Assembly (NCBI RefSeq): GCF_009914755.1 | Contig: NC_060928.1 | Direction: 5' to 3' (one strand) | DNA from: the human T2T-CHM13v2.0 reference genome, Homo sapiens | Length of the DNA stretch: 64,000 nt | Part shown: positions 1 through 63,660 of the stretch, piece by piece | Numbering within the stretch: position 1 is the first letter of the stretch | Layout: every line of letters starts with the position of its first letter | The notes under the pieces: generated by a model | Database searches by the model: none | What the model was told of the DNA's origin: nothing | Seen by the model: the letters and a program-made list of their open reading frames with translations, nothing else | Translations under genes and position numbers: made by a program

Positions 1-1755
1 TCTTTAAAATACATTAAAAGTATATTTAAAGAGTACGTTTTAAGAGTGCAGAGAAAACATAATGAATACCTCTTTGCTTAAGAAAAAGTATTTCAGACAC
101 AGCATGAAATCAGTTGCTGGTTCCAAGCCCCTCCCCTTCTCACTACGCTGAACTTGGCGTGCATTCTTTCTTCAGGTGTGTTTGTAATCTTACTGCATAT
201 GGACATATCCCCCAGCAATATCAGGGATTGTTTTGCTTGTTCCTAGACATCATATTAATGGTATCATACCAATTATATGCCTGCGCTACTTAATGTTTCA
301 TTCAACATTGTTTTGGGGGACTATCCATGTTGATACCTGAATTCTCTTGTGTTCATTTTTTCCTTTTGTGAAATAGTCCATCATGGAAATAGTCCCTGGT
401 GTGCCTATCTGCACTCCTAATTGACAGGCATTTAGGCTGTTTTCCATTTTCCTAATTACAAGTGATGCTGAGTGCACATTCCTGAACACAGGTGTGAGGC
501 TGTCTCTGGAGCACATGCCAAGGAACAGAATTCTTAGCTCATAAGGAATGTGTACCTCCAGCCTTAGTCAATATTGCCAATTGCTGTCCAATCTGATTTT
601 ATTCATTTACGCTCCCACTAGCAGTATATATGGGTCTTTCTTTCACTTCTTGCCAACTCTTGCCAGTCTAATGAATGGGAAGTAGTAACTCATTATTATT
701 TCAATTTGTATTCCGTGTATTAATCCCTGAGACCTTAACACTTGTGTATTGCACATTCTGGTTCCTCTTTGGCAAATTGCCTTGGCATTAAGATAGTAAA
801 TTTTCCTTGCCACCTAGGCTGGTTGAATCAGGATGCTTAATTACTTAGAGGTAAAAAGCACCTGGCTGAAATAGCCATCCCTGAGGCTGCCTGTTGAGGA
901 TAAGAGATGCTTCATCCATCTTTAGATCCTTTCTTGGAAACGCTGAGCGCAGCCAGCCATGCAGGCTTTTCCAAGCTCTGATGCTGCCATGTGTCCACAA
1001 TAGCATCCCCACAACCTGGATCCATCATTCCCAGCATAATGATGGCTCCTTTTCTTCTCCTTGGCAGAGCCCAAAACCCAAAGCTGAGGCCTCAGGGCTG
1101 TTCTAATGTGCTTAGAATGGGGGTAAAGGTAATGCCAACCAAAATGAGGAAACCGGTATTCCCACTCAGTCACTGCTGAGTCAGCGTAAATCACTCCAGA
1201 GGACAGTTTGTCACTGACCTCAAAGACTCAATTACAAAGATGATCACCATAGCATTGTTTACAGTAGCACCAAAAAAAAGGAACCACCTAAATATCTCTA
1301 AATGTCCAACATCACGGTTTGAAAAAATAAGGAATGGTACATCCTTCCATGGAGTGTACTTTAAAGCCACCCAAAATCATACTGCACATGGATATACAAT
1401 GTCAAGGAAACTTGCTCAGGAGTCCTAGCTTGTGGTCCATGGACTCCCAAGGAGATGCTTCTCAAAGGGAATTGGCATCCCCTGAGATACTCATGAAAGT
1501 GCAGACTTCCGGGCCCCCCTCCAGACTGAATCTGAACTTCCATATTGGAGGGCAGGAATCCTACCAAGTTCCCCAGATGAGTCTCAGGCACACTAAAGCC
1601 AGAGCGTCGATGCCTGGGACCCAAAACAGGGAAGAAGCACTCTGGTGTATCAAGAGGAAAAAAGCAAGTTACATACAAACGCAGTATATATAAAAACCAC
1701 CCCCTTCATGTGGGTGTGGGTGTATGCATACTTTTGAAAAAAAAAAAAATTATCA

Positions 1756-2391
1756 GCTGGTTGCAGTGGCTCACGTCTGTAATCCCAGCACTTTGGGAGG
1801 CCAAGGTGGGTGGATCACCTGAGGTCAGGAGTTCGAGGCCAGCCTGGCCAACATGGTAAAACCCTGTCTGTACTAAAAATACAAAAATTAGCTGGGCGTG
1901 GTGGTAGGCATCTGTAATCCCAGTTACTTCGGAGGCTGAGGCAGGAGAGTCGCTTGAACCCAGGAGGCGGTGGTTACAGTGAACCAAGGTCATGCCATTG
2001 CACTCCAGCCTGGGCGACAAGAGTGAAAGTCCGTCTCAAAAAAATAAAAATAAATATATATATATAATTTTTTTTAATTTTTATTTTTTAGAGACAGGGT
2101 CCTGCTGTGTCACCCAAGCTAGAATGCAGTGGCACGATCTTGGCTCACTACCCAATCTCAAACTCCTGGGCTCAAGTGATCCTCTCCACTCAGCCTCATG
2201 AGTAGCTGGGACTACAGGCATACTCCACCGCAAATGGGTTTTTTGTTTTGTTTTGTTTTGTTTTTTGTACAGACAGGGTCTCACTATGTTTGTGTTCCCT
2301 GGCTGGTCTTAAACTCTTGGCCTCAAGCGATCCTTCCGCGTCAGCCTCCCAAAGTATTGGGATTACAGGTGTGAGCCACCACGCCCAGCCT
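1756..2391. mobile_element. Tail-to-tail Alu pair (+ 1756-2052; - 2066-2391)
   Basis: Alu consensus in both orientations with a short (TA)n spacer. Confidence 0.92.
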
Positions 2392-2429
2392 GTGTGCATG
2401 TACTAATACTTAACAGCAGTTACCTCTAG

Positions 2430-2865
2430 ATTACCTCAGCACCATTGACAATCAGCCCAAAGACTCTTTGTGGTGGGGCTGTCCTGTATGTTGTAGGGTG
2501 TTAGCCGTATCCATGGGTGCAGTAGTGTAACAATCAAAAATGTGTTTGGTAGCACGAAAGCGCAACTATAGTTAACAATAATTTATTGTATATTTTAGAG
2601 TAACAAACATAGTGAAATTACGTTGTTCCTAACACAAAAAAAGATATATACTTTAGGGTATGAATATCTCAGTCACCCTGATTTGATTATTACTTATTAT
2701 ATGTTTATATCAAAATATCACATGTACCCTGTAAGTATGTACAAATATTATGCATAATTTAGATTTATTTTAATTGTAATAAAAAATAAATATTAAAAAA
2801 TGTCCTCAGATATTGCTAAATGTCCCCTCAAGGAACAAGGTCCCCAGGTGGAGAACCGATTCTCT
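2430..2865. mobile_element. MER20-like hAT element interrupted by an L1 fragment
   Basis: TGTGGTGGGGCTGTCCTGT... and CAGATATTGCTAAATGTCCCC...GAGAACC flank L1-like 2550-2800. Confidence 0.65.
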
Positions 2866-4242
2866 AGATGGGACATGTATAGATGATGTTTTCCTTTGTT
2901 TTTTAGTATATATGCCTATTTTTTAGTTTTTTCTAAAATAAGTGTACTTTAGTCATATTAAAAAAAACTTTGTATTTATTACTGTCCCATTGCCTGCACT
3001 GTCTGAAAAAAATACACTCAAATGAAAACATATTCACTTTAATACTTACAGTAAGAAAATTAATTTTATTATTATTTTAAAATAGCTATGGAAAAACTAT
3101 ACAAAGTCCTCCCAAATGTCAATATTCCTTAGGCACCTTTGAAATATTTATAATCTTAATCTTTGGGCTAGGCATCCTAATTGTAATTTCATATCTTAAA
3201 GAAGCAATTCTAAATATAGGAAATGCTTCACAAATATGGTTGATTTTTCAGAGTTACTTATAAAAGCAAAAAGTTATAAACACTGTAAAACCAACCATAG
3301 GAAACTATGTTAATTAAGGTACATTCACTTGATAGACTATCATACAGCATTAAAATGATATTTATAAAGAATTTATAACAATATGGGGGCAAGGTTTATG
3401 CCATATTGTTAAGTGGGAAAATAACTGAATACAAAATCAAATATGTTACATCATCATTCAAAGGTATAATAATGACAATAAAAAGAATCTCATCAACATG
3501 GTTGGAAGAAATACACCAAGATATTAAAAGTAATTGTTAATTGAACAATGGCATCATAGGTGACTTTTTCTCTCTACTTTTCTGAAATATCCAAATTTTT
3601 TACAATAAACATGTAAGTGTTTACAGTGAAAGAGAGAATAGTGAAATTTCCTTTTAAAAATACTTGAAAATGATCACAAAAATGTGTCAACATTTCAGGT
3701 AAGAAATATGTTTTTATATTGGTCTGTACACAAATTTCTATCCAGATGATAAAAATAACTTCAAGAAATTAAACCTATTCAGAAACAATATAAACTCATT
3801 GTGATTGTGTCTAAATTCATAGGCTTTGAGAAGGATAAATTTTTAAAGTGTAAATTACTATGCAGGTGGTCAGGAAAAGGTTGTATGGAGTCACGTGATA
3901 AATGACACAAAGAAAATGCTTTTTATGAAAAACAAACTGGATAGATTTTTTCCCAAGCCAGAATCACATTCTTCTAAATCATTTAGAAGGAAATAAAATA
4001 ATTTGGGCTTGATTAGCATTTAACTAACCAAGGACAGATTCCAGCCACCTCATGGATTTTGATCTAACTTGTTTACATTCATCAGGGGTGATGGGCAGTT
4101 CCAGCCCACAGGAAGCACAATCTTTGCAGACAAAAGGTGGCCCTTCTCATATTTGTCAGGCAATATTTGCCCAACCTGGCCACTCCTAGTTGGCTCCAAT
4201 GAACTCTTGTTAGCTCACTCCTAGGTCTCTTGTGGACCCAGA

Positions 4243-42294
<38,052 letters not shown>

Positions 42295-44179
42295 CTTCGA
42301 GACACCCGCGCCAAGTCTGGTCCCGGGGGTGGCTGCCGTCGGGCCCCGCCTGCGCTCCTGGCTCCTGTCCTTGCCCCGACGCCTCTGCCAACCAGCACCT
42401 CCCTTTTCAACTCCCTTCCGATTCCTACCCCACGCCCCTGCCAACCTGCCCCCTCTCCTGTCACCTCCCGACGCCCGCCCTCCCCTCTTCTGCCCCTTCG
42501 TCCTCCGTCAAGGTACCACCCTGTCCACTTACCCAGCGCCCCACCCTGCTGACCTGGGATTCTACGAGCTCCCTTGCCCGCTGCCCCTCACTGGGCAACG
42601 CCCGGGGCAGCCATCTGCCCCCTCCGGGACCCACGCGGACAGCTCCCCGCTCCTGATCCCTGGGACACTGGCCAGCCCTGCCGCGACACTAGCGCGTCCT
42701 CCCGCACCTCCGCCCGCGCGCCCGGCCCCCGCCCGCCGTCTGCAGCCCTCACCCCTGAGCCGACGCCCGCCCACCCAGCCCCTGTCCGGGCGCCCCGGAA
42801 ACGCTGGGTGACAAGAAGTGCCTGCCGGGGTCCCGGGGTTGCGGGACTGGGGAGAGGGGGTCTCCCGGAGCCAGCCCGAGGGGGGTGTGCGCGGGGGGCG
42901 TGGCTGCTGCCAAGCGGGGCGCCCGGCTCCACAGGGGCGTGCGATGCTCCGGGCCTTCCCCGAGGGTCTCCGTTGGGGAACCCAGAGGTCCAGGGGATCC
43001 TGCCTGGGTCCGTGTCCGAGCGTCCGACGGTCTGTACTCGTCCCTGCGTATTTCTGTATTGTCTTCTCTGTGCGGGTCACTCTGTGTCTGGCCGTCTGTT
43101 ATCGGGTGTGTCTGGTTAGGGGTGGAGGAGCGCCCGTCACTGGCTCTCTGAATTGGGGGAGGGGCCGCCTTCTGTGGGTTTTTCTGTTTGTCCGTCTGGT
43201 GTGCCTGTGTGTCGGCTGCGAGATGCCCAGGCGCAGAATAAGACCTGAGCCACTTTCTAAGAAAAGAGACCATCCCGCACCCTCCCCCAAAGGAGCGGCA
43301 GCCGTTCTGGACCCAGAGGAGCTGGAATGAGGGACGCCCCGGGGTCTGCCCTGTTGCTACCGGCGCCCAAGCGTCTTCACTAGCCCCTTCCAAAGCCCCG
43401 GTGCCCGCCTGGCACCCGCCTGCTCCCGGAAGGGGACTGAGTCTGCCAGGGAGCCCCGCTCGGGTGCCGCTAAGTGGAGGTCTGGGAAGTTTCTGCTGAA
43501 GAGCGTTCTACGGGTCTGGCGTGGCTGACAGGAGGCGCCGGACCCCAGCCCCCCAGCCGCAGGTTGGAGAGGGGAGTTGGGAGCGAGCCTGGGGCAAGCC
43601 CACATCCCACCGTGCAGCAGCCCGGGGCTGGGCCCGGAAGACACCCTCTCGCTCTTGGTTTAAGGTTCTTGCCGTCTTGAAATTCTTAATTTTTGAACAA
43701 GAGGGCCCACGTTTTTGTTTTGCGCTAAGCGCAGCAAATTGCAATAGCAGGTCCTGACTAGTAAAGGAGGGGTGGGGAGTCCTGGGCTAGCAAGGAGTCA
43801 ACCTGGGGGACCTTACCTTGCCACCATCATTCTTCCAATTCACGCATTCATGCATTTGATCAACACATATGTATGTGTTGACCTATGAATCATTTGCTGC
43901 TCTCTGTTCTAGGAGCTGGGTTTTCAGCTATGAAAGGCTCTGCTCAGGTGGAGCTGATGTTCAGGTAGAGAAACAGCAATAAACAAACAGCTAATGAGCC
44001 CTCACTGGGAAGCTGGGGATCATGACCTGTGAGACTTAGCCCTCAACTTTAAGAGCTTGGGAGTGGGGACAGAGTAAGCAGCACAGCACCCTTGAGCAGG
44101 GCTACAACCAGGGGCCTGGGAGGAGTCCAGGTCTGCAGGAAGGCTGAGAGGTTCAGGGAGGAGGCAACACCTGCACAGT

Positions 44180-47100
<2,921 letters not shown>

Positions 47101-47101
47101 A

Positions 47102-47570
47102 AGTGTATTCATTTCTTAGGATGGGTGTAACAAAGTGCCACTAACTGGGTGGCTTTAAAACAATGAAAATTTATTCTGTCACAGTTTGGGAGGCCAGAAG
47201 TCCAAAATCTAGATGTCCGAAAAGCCAAGTTCCCTCTGAAGGCTCCAACGGGGGGTCCTCACCAGCCTCTTCCAGTTTCTGCTTGTTGCTGGCAACCCTT
47301 AGCATTCCTTGGCTTGTGGCTATATCACTCCAATCTTTGCCTCTGTTGTCACTTGACCATCTTTCCTCTGCATCTGTGCCTCTTTTCCTCTTCTTATAAA
47401 GACACCAGTCATAATGGGTTAAGGGCCCAACCTACTCCAGTATGACTTCACTATAATTTACATCTTAATTAAATCTACAAACACTGCATTTCCAAATAGG
47501 GCCACAATCAGAGGTACCAGGGGTTAGGATTTCAACAGATCTTCTGGTGCGCAAAAATTAAATCCATAAC
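47102..47570 (-). mobile_element. MLT1-type MaLR LTR
   Basis: GTAACAAAGTGCCACTAACTGGGTGGCTTT...TCTTATAAAGACACCAGTCAT. Confidence 0.75.
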
Positions 47571-47574
47571 ACAC

Positions 47575-48690
47575 AAATGATAGTCAAGATATGGAATTAA
47601 CCTATGCATCCATCAATGGATGAATGGACAAAGAAAATGTGTGTATGTATACACATTGTATACATACACAGCAGAATACTATTCAGCCTTAAAAAGAAGG
47701 AAATGGCCAGGCACAATGGCTCATGCTTGTAAACCCAACACTTTGGGAGGCCACGGTGGGTGGACCGCTTGGGCCCAGGAGTTCAAGACTAGCTGGGCAA
47801 CATGGCAAAACCTCAACTCTACAAAAAAAAAAAAAAAAAAAAAAATGCTGAGTGCGGCGGCTCAAGCCTGTAATCCCAGCACTGTGGGAGGCTGAGGCGG
47901 GTGGATCACCTGAGGTCGGGAGTTTGAGACCAGCCTGACCAACATGCAGAAACCCCGTCTCTATTAAAAATGCCTGTAATCCCAACTACTCAGGAGGCTG
48001 AGGCAGGATAATCACTTGAACCCGGGAGGCAGAGGTTGTGGGTGAGCCAAGATCGCGCCATTGCACTCCAGCCTGGGCAACAAGAGTGAAACTCTGTCTC
48101 CAAAAAAAAAAAAAAAAAAAAAAAAATTAGCCAGACCCAGTGGGGCGCACCTGTAGTCCCAGCTACTTGGGAGGCTGAGGTAGGAGGATCATTTGAGCCT
48201 GGGAGGTCCAGGTTTCAGCGAGCTGAGATTGTGCCACTGCACTCCAGCCTCGGTGACTGAGCCAGACCCTGTCTCAAAAAAGAAAAAAAAAAGAAATCCT
48301 GACATTTGCAAAAATATGGATATGAACCTGGAAGATACTATGTTAAGTGACATAAGCCAAGCACAGAAAGACAAATGCCACATGATCTCATTTACATGTA
48401 GATCTAAAAAAGCTGAGGTCATATAGGTAGAGAGTAGAATAGTGGCTGCCAGGAGCTGGGCAGCAGGGGGAATTGGGGGTTTGGGAGATGTTGGTCAAAG
48501 GGTACAAAATTTCAGTTAAGTAAGAAGGGTATGTTCAAGAGATCTATTGTACAGCACAGTAACTATAGTTAATAACAATTTATAGCATTTTGAAAATTGT
48601 GAAGAATAGATTTTAAGAAATCTCACCACAAAAAATAAGTATGCAAAGTAATGCATTGATTAATGAACTCAATCTAGCCATTCCACATGT
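47575..48690 (+). mobile_element. L1M 3' end containing an Alu-in-Alu nest (47705-48292; inner Alu ~47846-48125)
   Basis: L1 text AAAAAGAAGGAAAT resumes as AAGAAATCCTGACATTTGC; outer Alu arms flank the inner Alu. Confidence 0.85.
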
Positions 48691-48699
48691 ACCCTTGGA

Positions 48700-49850
48700 C
48701 TTCAAAACTTGGAAAAAATGAATGGAAAATATACACTTTATGTCTCAACATAAGCTCCATCAAGTTCAAGACACTTCTATAAGTCAGGCTACAGCCATTT
48801 AGCCCACCCCTAAGGAACTGAAGGTCCTGAGAATTTCACCATACCAATGCAGTCTTTTACACATTAACTGAAGATAAAAGGGTACCCTCTACAGATTTTT
48901 TAAGATTAGGAAACAAAAAGAAGTTAGGAGGAGCCAAATCAGGACTGTAATGATTTCCCATCAAAATTCTCCCAAAATTGCCCTTGATGAGAGGAATAAG
49001 CAGAAGCACTGTCATGGTGGAGGAGGACTCTCCTGAAGCTTTCCCAAGAATTTTTTGCTAAAGCTTTGGCTTCCTCAAAACCCTCTCATAATAAGCAGAT
49101 GTTACCATTCTTTGGTCCTCCTGAAAGTCAACAAGCAAAGTGCCTTGAGCCCCAAAATACTGTTGCCATGACCTGTGCTCTTGACTGGTCTCCTTTTGCT
49201 TTGACTGACCCGCTTCCACTTCTTGGTAGCCATTACTTTGATTGTGCTTTGTCTTCAGGATAGTACTAGGAAATCCATGTTTCATATCCTGTTGCAACTT
49301 TTTGAACAAATGCTTCAGGATCTTGATCCCACTTGTTTAAATTTCCATTGAAAGCTCTGCTGTTGTTTGCAACTGATCTGGGCACAACAGTTTTGGCGCC
49401 CATCAAGTGGAAAGTTTGCTTTCAGTCAGAATTGTGTAACCTGAACCAATTGAGACGTCTCTGACACTGTCTATTGTTTCTGCTATTGCTAACTGCTGTT
49501 AATCATCAGTCCTCTTTGATTAGGGCATAAACAAGATTAATTTTTTCCTCAAAGATTCATGTGTAGGGTCTCTCACTGAGGGCTTCCTCTTCAACATCAT
49601 CTCATACCTTCTCAAAACAAGTTATTCATTTGTAAGCTGTTGATTTCTTTGGGGCATTGTTCCTATAAACTTTTCATGAAGCATTAGTGATTTCACCATT
49701 TTTTCACCCAAGCCTCACAATAAATTGATGTTTGTGCTTGCTTCGATTTTAGCAGAATTCATGTTGCACTGATGTGGTCTCTTCTCAAACTGATGTCTTA
49801 TCCTTCTTAGTGTCTCAAACTAGATCCTGTTCAGACATGTTATGACAAGT
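48700..49850 (-). mobile_element. Decayed mariner DNA transposon (Hsmar2-like)
   Basis: Minus strand near 48950-48900 reads YSPDLAP(P/S)NFFLFPNLKKS, the mariner YSPDL motif; ~1.15 kb with frameshifts and deletions. Confidence 0.85.
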
Positions 49851-50490
49851 TAAAGACTCTGTCTCAAAGTCTTTTTTTAAGTAATAGGATAATCTTCATA
49901 CCATCCTAATTGGCCAGTTATTAGCTCTTGGGAAACTGGGTTTTAACTAATTGTTTTAAACACATCCCAGCCTTAGATTTCTATCCATGTTGTAAACATA
50001 CTCTTCAAGAAAAAAAAAAAAAAAGATATAAAATGTGTGAAGGCTGACACTGGGGCACTCTCCACCCAAGCTCCCTCCAGGGAGTCTGATCCAAATGCCC
50101 TACCTTCCAGGGCTGCAGCCTCAGTTGTACCAGACCCTCACATCACTGCCTGATTAATCACTGCCTGACTAGGCTGCCTGATTGTGGCCTTTGCCTGGCC
50201 TTGCTCCCTATTTTAAATGACACTCTCGCCACACCTTCACATACCCATGACCACAAACTGGGTTTGCTTCTGTCTACTCATCATGCCTTTCCCCTTTGCA
50301 GACATCATGACCGGATGTGATATTCCTGATCCTAGATCCTGCTTTCCCTTTCTTTCCCTCTCCATTACCATTTATTGAGTGGACACCTACTGTGTCAGGC
50401 ACTGTAATTGGTGTTTTACAAACATTATTACTATTACGCACAACCCTACAAGACAGATATCGTTCCCACTTCACAGCTGAAAAAAGATTA

Positions 50491-50656
50491 CAGTCTGACT
50501 ACCCCTTCTCTGAAATGCTTGGGACCAGAAGTGTTTTGGATTTTGGAATATTTGCATTATATTCCAAAACCCAAAATGCTCCAATGAGCATTTCCTTTGA
50601 GTGTCACGTCAGTCATCAAAAAGTTTCAGATTTTGAAATTAGGGATACTAAACCTG
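50491..50656. mobile_element. Tigger4/MER46-like MITE
   Basis: GAAATGCTTGGGACCAGAAGTGTTTTGGATTTT body, decayed terminal inverted repeats, TA on both sides. Confidence 0.75.
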
Positions 50657-50979
50657 TACTACTGAAGGTCTTGCAGCTAGTAAATGGCAGGGTATGATCT
50701 GAACCAGACACAAGTGGTGATTAAGTCAGGTCATTATTAGAAGTCACCTTACAGAGAAAACAATCAACATGAGATACATTCTGTCACAATGCTTATGCTG
50801 CTTAGATTTAATGTAGACATATTGGCATTTGAAAGTGCAAATACTGTCTTTATAAGGTCTTTGAAGAACAGAGTTAGCCCTTGTTATTGCTACAGTTAAT
50901 TCAAAGTGCTAATAGCTAAAAACCAGAAGTTATTCCAAAGTTCGCATGAACAAAACTCACAAGAAAGTTATAAAAATAT

Positions 50980-50985
50980 TTTATT
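50980..50985 (-). terminator. Candidate TMEM128 polyadenylation signal AATAAA
   Basis: Plus-strand tttatt at 50980-50985, followed on the minus strand by U/GU-rich sequence (TTTCTTGTGAGTTTTGTT). Confidence 0.65.
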
Positions 50986-51564
50986 TAAATGATACAGAAA
51001 AAAATGTATACTTAAAAGTGATTAAAACTTCACATTAGGAAATGCTAAAAACCCAGTAATGTACATAATGATAAAATCTAAAGTGATGAGAAAACATAAA
51101 ATATTTTCATTTGGTCCTGTCACCTAACAAAACTATCATAAATATGAGATTATAGTAATTACTAAAGCTGGTTAAAGGCACATGACAACATAATTCCTTT
51201 ATACACATCCAGTCATTTTATACAAGGAACTGCTATCCCTTAAATGGAAGAGTGAACTACTTGTTTAAAATATTAACAGTGCACTATGTACCTACAATGA
51301 AACCACTTTCTCCAAAGACTCAAACAGATTAACATTGCAAAATAGTACTTCTGTATCACTGACTTCTGAAAATTTTAATAATTTATGCATATGCAAGTGA
51401 AATATAATTTATTCTGGTTTCAACAACAGTTATACAAAGTCACAATTTTCCCCAGGAAACCATTCACTTCATAGCTGCAAAAACACACTGTAGCTTTTCT
51501 GTTAGGGTCTGCCATGCTTTCAGCTAGCTGGATGTTTAACCATTCACTTCAAATTTACATGTCC

Positions 51565-51701
51565 AGCCAGGCACGGTGGCGTGGGCCTGTAGTCCCAACT
51601 ACTTCGAAGGCTGAGGCAGGAGGATCACTTGATCCCAGGAGTTCAAAGACAGCCTGGGCAACATAGAAGACCCTGTCTCTTAAAAAAAAAAAAAAAAAAA
51701 A
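51565..51701 (+). mobile_element. Alu monomer (FLAM-like), antisense to TMEM128, at the start of its probable last exon
   Basis: Single ~115-bp monomer with A20 tail; decayed duplication ...ATGTCC on both sides. Confidence 0.85.
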
Positions 51702-53257
51702 GTGTATGTCCTTAAATCTGAAAGAAAACCAGCATTTATGTACCAAGTAAAACATTGTATCTCAAGCTATTGCATTTAACACTAAAAAGCATAGTTCACT
51801 CTGTAATCTACAACATTGTCTGAGTCTCCATTACCAATTATAACTTCATGTCAGAGTAAGAGCTCCCAAACATCTGTAAAAACTCAAAATTCAAGAGTCA
51901 AAGAAGGGGCTGAGAACACGAGAAGGGGAGATGGGTGACAGGGTCAGGTGAGGAAGTGTTCTGAGATGTGTAGGATTCCTCCGGGCCCAAAGCCGCTTGT
52001 GGCACCACAGGTGTACAGGAATGAAGGGCCTCCTGTGAGGGGTCCCAGTGGTCCCAAGACACAGCAAGGTGCCTGAAGGAGGCTGGAGACATTGGCGTGG
52101 GCATGGAGGTGCTAGCAACTATTTTCAGACTGCTAACAATGAGAGTATGTCCATTTCTTCTTTACACAGTTACCACTGACCTTCCTTTAAAATCCCACAG
52201 GGAGAACATGCTGTTTTTAGCAGAAATGTCAGTTTTCATTAACTCCTTGAAAATTTAGCGTATTAACTTTTATTTCCATGAGCTTCAGTTTCCACACCTG
52301 TCAACTGCTGTATAAAGCAGGTTTCCTGCAAGTTCTGATGTAAGTGACCTGACAGGAGGCACTATCTTTGTCCTTCTCACCATGCCCCTAAGCATCTGGA
52401 GTGAGTATTCTCAATATACACTTATTTAATAACAGAGTTATCCGACACTCAGAAAACAGCCTCCACTGTGTAAGGCAGCAGATCTCAGGATGGGGTGATC
52501 TGTAGGGAGGCAGAAATTCTATAAATAACACCAAACGAAAGCTGATTGTGTCATCCAACACATTTTTATGAGGAAGTCAGAATAATTAGAAGATGGCAGA
52601 ATTTTTTTTCCCAATTAGGTAAAATTGTTCATTCTTCCTGTATTCCCATTTCTTAAGAATGATCCAGCCAACAGTCACTGAATATAAGCTGACACAAATT
52701 AATATAATTTCAACATAAAATGGTCTAATGTGTGAATTCAACTATATTGGAAGGTACAAATCCTGTCTTTATGAGGTCTTTGAAAGGCAGGGTACCTTCT
52801 CTAAAAAGTAGTCACTTAGAACCAACTTTTACAAAAGAAAGAGTCTCAGCCCCCAACCCCCGCCAGCCTGGGCAACATAAGGAGACTCTGTTTCTACAAA
52901 AAAATTTTTAAAAATTAGCCAAGCATGGTAGCACATGCTTATAATACCAGCTACTTGGGAAACTGAGGTGGGAGGATTGCTTGAGCCCCCAAGTGGTCAA
53001 GGCTGCAGTGAGCTGTGATCATGCCACCGTACTCCAGCCTGGACAACAGAGTGAGAAGCTGTCTCAAAACAAAAAGGAGTCTATCTCAGAGTTCAATGAA
53101 TGGATAATTCTAGTGTGGACAACTCTGGTGTAAACATGACTGAAAATAATTCACAAATAGTCTGTTACAGCTCCATCCACTGAAAATTGTCATAAAAGAC
53201 ATTTTTCAAACGAGTTCATTTTTAGAAAAACCACTCCAGATATCTTACCTTCGGAAA

Positions 53258-63623
<10,366 letters not shown>

Positions 63624-63646
63624 CTTGGTACCGCCCCGAAATGCGA

Positions 63647-63660
63647 CGGAAGTGACGTCA
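63647..63660 (+). promoter_or_regulatory. Overlapping ETS-CRE element CGGAAGTGACGTCA
   Basis: Exact CGGAAGT overlapping the palindromic CRE TGACGTCA, 24-37 nt upstream of the TMEM128 ATG. Confidence 0.8.

Larger units (their letters stand above)
50960..51717 (-). other. TMEM128: Probable non-coding terminal (3' UTR) exon of TMEM128
   Basis: Strong donor 9 nt after the stop; candidate acceptors at 51718 (TTTTCTTTCAG) and 51679 (T20-AAG); AT-rich body; AATAAA at 50985-50980. Both ends are inferred. Confidence 0.65.
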
